This document shows, piece after piece, positions 61,601 to 64,000 of a DNA stretch of 64,000 nucleotides (positions are counted from its first letter, which is position 1; every line of letters starts with the position of its first letter). A model generated the notes under the pieces. The model saw nothing but the letters and a program-made list of their open reading frames with translations. It had not been told where the DNA came from and did no database searches. This DNA is from Bispira polyomma (taxonomy: Eukaryota), in NCBI GenBank assembly GCA_965649765.1, contig OZ287759.1, positions 13,020,001 to 13,084,000 of the forward strand, read 5' to 3'. The translations under genes and the position numbers were made by a program.

Positions 61601-63924
61601 TGGATCTATAAGGTGCAATGTCGGAACTATATGAGGATTCATAAGGTACAATGTCAGGGTTATATGGGAATTTATAAGGTAAAATGACAGGGTATTATGG
61701 TATTTATAAGTTACTATATCAGGACAATATGTGGCTTTATATTGTACCATGTTAGGACTATACAGGGATTTATAAGGTACAATTTTAAGGCCATACAGGG
61801 ATTTATAAAGTAAAATTTTAAGGCTATACAGGGATATATAAGGTACAATTTTTAGGCTATACAGGGATTTGTAAGGTATAATTTTTAGGCTATACAGGGA
61901 TTTATAAGGTACAATTTTAAGGCCACACAGGGATTTATAAGGTAAAATTTTAAGGCTATACAGGGATTTATAAGGTACAATATTAGGGCTGTAAGAGGGT
62001 CTACAGAGTATAACACCAAGGCTATCTGGGGATTTATACAATTGTGAATTCTTAAAATCTTTGTTTCCCATCTTCCTTCTGGGAAAAGACACCTAACGAA
62101 AATGCCAAAAACCTGGGTGTCACTTTCGATTCAGCTTTTTCGTTTGACACTCATATTACTAACATCTGTCGCTCCTGCTACCACCATATACACGACATCA
62201 AAAGAATACGAAACCACCTGTCAATGGACACAGTGATAACTGTAGCTAAGGCCCTTGTTAGCAGCTGCCTCAACTACTGCAACTCTCTTAAGTTCAAAGT
62301 AAACAAGTCACACATCAAAAAACTCCAGTCCATTCAAAACTACCTATGCAGGTTATTTTTCGCCTGGGTTGTCGCACAGATGTCACTCCTTACCTCAAAA
62401 AATTACACTGGCTGCCTATTCACTCTCACGTTACCACTTTTAAGGCTGTGGTCACTCAATAGCCCTCCTACCTTGCTTCCCTTCTCACCTTCAGTAACCG
62501 TAAGAGGGGCAACAGACTGACTGTTTCTTCGGTCAGACCCATCAGGAAGGCGGGATCCAGAGCATTCTCCATTGCAGCTCCCTTGTTATGAAACAAACTC
62601 CCAGTTGACCTCAGATCAGTGGATACACTTATCGGTTTTAGGAAAAAGCTTAAAACCTATTTTATTTAACCTTGCTTACCCACCTTAGCTTCCCTCGTAC
62701 ACGCTCCCACTTCTTCCTTCCATGCTATGCCCATGGACTTTACGATTGGATAAATGATTTCGCTGTTGAGCTTTAGAAGATGCCTAGCATCAATAAAGTG
62801 CGTTAAAAGTTCATGATAATAATAATAATTTATACAGTACACTGTACACCAGTCTAATTGTTGGTTTTTGTTCAAACACTAAACTGCCCAAACACATGGT
62901 GTCTTTATTCAGTACAGTCAAATATGTATGAGAAACCACCTTTTTCTAAAGACCCTTCTTGAAAATACCCTTATACTAGTGTTTGTTTTTATGTATTTTA
63001 CCAGTATATAAAGACCACCTGTCTTGAGACCCACAGTTTTACCTACCAATAGACAGATTGGACTCTAATCGTTACCTTTTTTTCTTACAGAATTTATCAC
63101 AAGTCTAAGTTTAGACATTGGGAAAACCATCAACAAACGCGCCTACTTTGGGCGGGTAGCCAACAATCCATACACTCACATTATCAGCCAAGAGTTGGAA
63201 AAAAAACGAGACATAAACTGCTTAGAAGAGCAAGACATCTACCTCAAGGTGGGCAGTAGTTAGATCAAGTTTTCTGTCCTCGACAATGCTTTGAATTAAT
63301 GACAGTACGCATTGTGAGGGACTGAGTTGTTTGCTATAGCCAATCATTGTAAAGCTAAAACAGCACCTGTAACAGAAAACGGTCATTTTTCCATTTAGTC
63401 TGTGGTTGTATATTGATTAGCCATCTGGTGTGAAATTCACCAAAAATGTCTGAAAAATTCAACAACCACCATCTTACCCCATCTGTTGCATTTTTAACAA
63501 CCTATAAACTATTATTTTACTTTGTAGGTCTCTTTGTATTTGTATTGTACAATGGTATGTGTTTATATATGTACAAATTGTTATTGTTTATCAATGTCTT
63601 AAATTTACAATACCAGGGAATGTCACATCATAAGTGATTTTACTTCAGGCATTTACGTTCAGCCTATCCATTATTATATCCAGTATTATTATTATAACTC
63701 TTGTTATGTCTACTTCACTTCCAGGAGAGCATACGGGACAAACTATCGCCTATACATATTCAGATGGTGTCCACCATCAATGAAGTGACCCTAGCGGACC
63801 GTCAAGGTATCAAGGCCATCCAGAACCAGTTTACATCAGATGACATCGTGGAGGAGGTCCACATCCTCAAGTTCTGTGGTGAGGATGAAGTCTGTATACC
63901 TGACCTTGTGTTGGATGCTAAAGG
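22384..63924 (+). CDS. Integrin alpha subunit (no I-domain), 5' part: 16 coding exons, continues beyond window
   Basis: Exons join in consistent phases to 1886 nt: signal peptide + FNID, seven FG-GAP repeats, four DxDxDG-type Ca loops, RSRPVV propeller end, IRDKLSPI, genu CGEDEVCIPDL. Confidence 0.97.
22660..22942 (-). mobile_element. Old CORE-type SINE
   Basis: Minus strand tgtggcctagt A-box, ggttctatc B-box-like, cttgaacaaggtactttacac CORE-like segment. Confidence 0.5.
23450..23720. repeat. ~28-bp degenerate tandem repeat (probable subterminal repeats of a DNA element)
   Basis: gttgatc.t.acaatcggggaagc.ac recurs several times, with an inverted copy ggcttccccgattg at 23455. Confidence 0.65.
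24386..24960 (-). mobile_element. L2 LINE 3' fragment
   Basis: Encodes LHWLP...SKVHFDKSFANDAP...RLKTYLFNDAFLP, homologous to the C-terminus of 12181-13503; same 3' stem-loop; (TTA)n tail. Confidence 0.88.
25176..25408. mobile_element. MITE family B (PIF/Harbinger-like)
   Basis: TIR tgccccggtcaca / tgagactggggct, flanks taa/tta; body shared with 35434-35874; fragments near 20490-20653, 30470, 31040, 36340. Confidence 0.75.
25960..26360 (-). mobile_element. L2 LINE 3' fragment
   Basis: Decayed ORF2 C-terminus (...TYLFSKAFAP), 3' stem-loop acaccttagaatc...taagcgct and tagat tail. Confidence 0.75.
27568..27742 (+). mobile_element. SINE S1 rearranged copy (duplicated head, deleted core)
   Basis: ggccgcggtggcctagtggttagcaagcattgcg..tcacaatcac occurs twice, then jumps to the S1 3' end. 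Confidence 0.88.
28518..28550. repeat. (CA)n microsatellite
   Basis: Pure CA run. Confidence 0.95.
31371..31478. repeat. ~38-bp tandem repeat x3, with an inverted copy near 31921-31947
   Basis: gtgaattagtttccaacttgaatgacat; reverse complement gtcatccaagttggaaactaattcac. Confidence 0.8.
32138..32300. repeat. ~38-bp minisatellite x4
   Basis: aaatatccagttatacatggctaaatatacttc units. Confidence 0.85.
32773..33027 (-). mobile_element. SINE family S1, full copy
   Basis: A/B boxes; TSD tgagaaactgtgag at 32759-32772 and 33028-33041. Confidence 0.93.
34653..35291. mobile_element. MITE family A copy 3
   Basis: TIR ctggtcacacctacac / gtgtaggtgtgaccag; most complete body. Confidence 0.85.
35434..35874. 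mobile_element. MITE family B full copy
   Basis: TIR agccccggtctcac / gtaactggggca; TSD TAA on both sides. Confidence 0.8.
36049..36142. repeat. 32-bp tandem repeat x3
   Basis: atcccagtgattgtgtgtttctacccgttttg. Confidence 0.88.
36177..36284. mobile_element. Short hairpin MITE
   Basis: ggccgtattcacaaagggac...gtccttttgtgaatacgcgcc inverted termini. Confidence 0.7.
40225..40716. mobile_element. Probable non-autonomous element (Crypton-like by resemblance only) in TA-rich site
   Basis: GC/CpG-richer block bounded by TA runs, with gggaaatat motifs near both ends and terminal tcatgtgatc...aaccaatagga...gaggtataat. Confidence 0.35.
40718..40769. repeat. (TA)n microsatellite
   Basis: TA run. Confidence 0.95.
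40964..42030 (+). mobile_element. 5'-truncated L1/Tx1-type LINE (ORF2 C-terminus with zf-RVT), poly(A) tail
   Basis: FRILHRILPVN...CVFC...ETLEHLFYNC...W zinc knuckle; frameshift near 41296; AATAAA at 41983; A35 at 41996-42030; flank repeat ggtgg(a/c)agggta at 40952-40963 and 42032-42043. Confidence 0.9.
42593..42711 (+). CDS. Integrin alpha exon 2
   Basis: Acceptor ctgcag, donor gtgagt; LLVGAPASHRYSQYTSGDVYMCRLDSSDHTCQPMDFHED. Confidence 0.95.
43450..43785 (+). mobile_element. L2 LINE remnant: RT segment joined directly to 3' tail
   Basis: ETALL...LVLLDLSAAFYTIDH...LKWFTLYLSDRYQAVKIG, then gcgccttagaat...taagtgcta and tagattagat. Confidence 0.85.
44575..44770 (+). mobile_element. L2 LINE 3' end (second tail type)
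   Basis: aactatctcttcaaacttgcctacccccct (YLFKLAYPP) and agaagatgcc..catcaa.aag tail as at 62775; other tails near 36480-36545(-), 43830-43880, 47015-47075, 55135-55335(-). Confidence 0.7.
45445..45536 (+). CDS. Integrin alpha exon 3
   Basis: Acceptor tttgtag, donor gtaact; DTSIFRYMSNRTDQWMGATLTTSGREDASVM. Confidence 0.93.
46496..46823. mobile_element. Non-autonomous DNA transposon with CAGGGG termini (hAT/P-like, superfamily uncertain)
   Basis: Termini cagggggcgtagc / gctactcccctg; partial 7-bp flank match gaggagg/tcggagg; ends 39 bp before integrin exon 4. Confidence 0.7.
46863..46998 (+). CDS. Integrin alpha exon 4
   Basis: Acceptor ttccag, donor gtaagt; ACAPRMWIH...MIGGCFVL...RYNPCVQ. 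Confidence 0.95.
47085..47480. repeat. Minisatellite with 114-bp period built from atccagtttta submotifs
   Basis: tcttatccagttttatc starts at 47121, 47235, 47349. Confidence 0.85.
48120..48193 (+). CDS. Integrin alpha exon 5
   Basis: Acceptor tttcag, donor gtttgt; EDDKLELKDSRQRMCQSGFSAVFDT (CQxGFS motif). Confidence 0.9.
48755..48803 (+). CDS. Integrin alpha exon 6
   Basis: Acceptor ttttcag, donor gtggga; TRDSIVMGCPSSYTAQ(G), at the position of the GAPGSYxWxG motif; phases fit both neighbours. Confidence 0.85.
48855..49393. mobile_element. MITE family C (PIF/Harbinger-like)
   Basis: TIR tgctgtggtcatact / agtgtgaccacggca with perfect TAA TSD; 51 bp downstream of exon 6. Confidence 0.82.
49812..50074 (+). 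mobile_element. SINE family S1, full copy
   Basis: A/B boxes; TSD atcatc(c/t)ttttgtggg. Confidence 0.93.
50109..50656. mobile_element. MITE family A copy 4
   Basis: TIR agccaggccacacctac / gtaggtgtgacctggct; preceded by taa. Confidence 0.8.
51443..51720 (-). mobile_element. SINE family S1, full copy
   Basis: A/B boxes; TSD aatgtgctgtc at 51432-51442 and 51721-51731. Confidence 0.92.
51839..51973 (+). CDS. Integrin alpha exon 7
   Basis: Acceptor gtctag, donor gtaaga; GQLILQEV...LYSYNGFSMTTGDFNKDKNQ. Confidence 0.92.
54006..54046 (+). CDS. Integrin alpha exon 8
   Basis: Acceptor ttcag, donor gtgagt; DFVSASPRMDLVGS. Confidence 0.9.
54544..54662 (+). CDS. Integrin alpha exon 9
   Basis: Acceptor tttgcag, donor gtacta; VNFYEIK...GEQMGEYFGYSLTVGDFNGDG. 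Confidence 0.95.
55370..55525. repeat. ~30-bp degenerate tandem repeat
   Basis: gaca..gccc.tgtcatataacca.ca units. Confidence 0.7.
55527..55783 (+). mobile_element. SINE family S1, full copy
   Basis: A/B boxes; 15-bp TSD aaccaccaaataaga. Confidence 0.94.
56360..56522 (+). mobile_element. L2 LINE 3' end abutting the exon 10 acceptor
   Basis: SYLFRLA-like ORF end, stem-loop gctccttagagcat...taggcgctatata, (TAT)n tail. Confidence 0.7.
56527..56623 (+). CDS. Integrin alpha exon 10
   Basis: Acceptor tacag, donor gtaagt; FDDLAVGAPMYS...EVGRVYVFYQSEQ. Confidence 0.95.
57199..57307 (+). CDS. Integrin alpha exon 11
   Basis: Acceptor gtatag, donor gtgggt; IGFDEEKTIL...SRFGLAVASAGDLNDDDYG. Confidence 0.92.
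57453..57623 (-). mobile_element. SINE family S1, 5'-truncated copy
   Basis: 3' two-thirds of S1; 22-bp TSD gacc.aatgtgtatc.taatgt with 2 mismatches. Confidence 0.9.
58100..59173. repeat. 21-bp minisatellite with 152-bp higher-order repeat and internal inversion
   Basis: Monomer ttcatatcactagcctcttct; cactagccccg at 58661, 58813, 58965; inverted arm 58449-58503. Confidence 0.95.
59376..59564 (+). CDS. Integrin alpha exon 12
   Basis: Acceptor ttttag, donor gtatgg; DLIVGAPYGGKDQKGVVYVYYG...LFGYSLTGGLDQDRNGYK. Confidence 0.96.
60296..60446 (+). CDS. Integrin alpha exon 13
   Basis: Acceptor ttacag, donor gtaata; DVSIGAFGSNTAISLRSRPVVRV...KDCTLSTGKDVSC. Confidence 0.95.
61251..61306 (+). CDS. 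Integrin alpha exon 14
   Basis: Acceptor tctttag, donor gtaagt; FSFTPCISFKGYNAPRRI. Confidence 0.9.
61455..62040. repeat. 33-bp minisatellite
   Basis: ggctatacagggatttataaggtacaattttaa units; gives the 11-aa repeat in spurious ORF 61538-62092. Confidence 0.92.
62060..62830 (+). mobile_element. L2 LINE 3' fragment
   Basis: KNLGVTFDS...ALVSSCLNYCNS...LHWLP...LKTY; stem-loop tail and (TAA)n. Confidence 0.88.
63091..63248 (+). CDS. Integrin alpha exon 15
   Basis: Acceptor ttacag, donor gtgggc; EFITSLSLDIGKTINKRAYF...INCLEEQDIYLK. Confidence 0.92.
63725..63924 (+). CDS. Integrin alpha exon 16
   Basis: Acceptor ttccag, donor gtgagt; ESIRDKLSPIHI...LKFCGEDEVCIPDLVLDAK. Confidence 0.95.
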
Positions 63925-64000
63925 GTGAGTCTTTTTGCTAGTGTGGTAACGGTAGGGTAGCATACATTGCTTAAGGATACAGAGGACATGGGTTCCATCC

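Noticed and set aside
61538-62092. 184-aa ORF with PYKSLYSLKIV repeats
   Set aside because: Translation of a 33-bp minisatellite, starting in the antisense strand of an L2 fragment

Overview
AT-rich animal (invertebrate, probably mollusc/lophotrochozoan) genomic DNA, not prokaryotic. Two spliced protein-coding genes point away from each other. On the + strand are the first 16 coding exons (22384-63924, about 628 codons, all GT-AG and phase-consistent) of an integrin alpha subunit without an I-domain: signal peptide, 7-bladed FG-GAP propeller, thigh and genu, continuing past the window, with a 20-kb first intron. On the - strand are the last two coding exons (4738-5055, 1174-1478) of a small protein with a PAN/Apple-like domain plus a domain I cannot name. 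The rest is dense with mobile DNA: a near-full-length decayed L2-clade LINE (12038-~15790), several L2 3' fragments, a Tx1/L1-type 3' fragment with poly(A), a young tRNA-derived SINE family with TSDs, older SINEs, several MITE families and minisatellites. Most notable: the L2 LINE shows no ORF1; instead it has tandem 5' monomers and an 88-codon hydrophobic leader ending in a 2A-like motif (LLAGNITSNPG/P) fused in frame to the APE domain. Also notable are a fold-back junction containing a SINE tail inside a minisatellite, and atypical residues in the integrin ligand-binding blades. Most short ORFs in the supplied track are spurious. All calls are manual readings; no database search was run.
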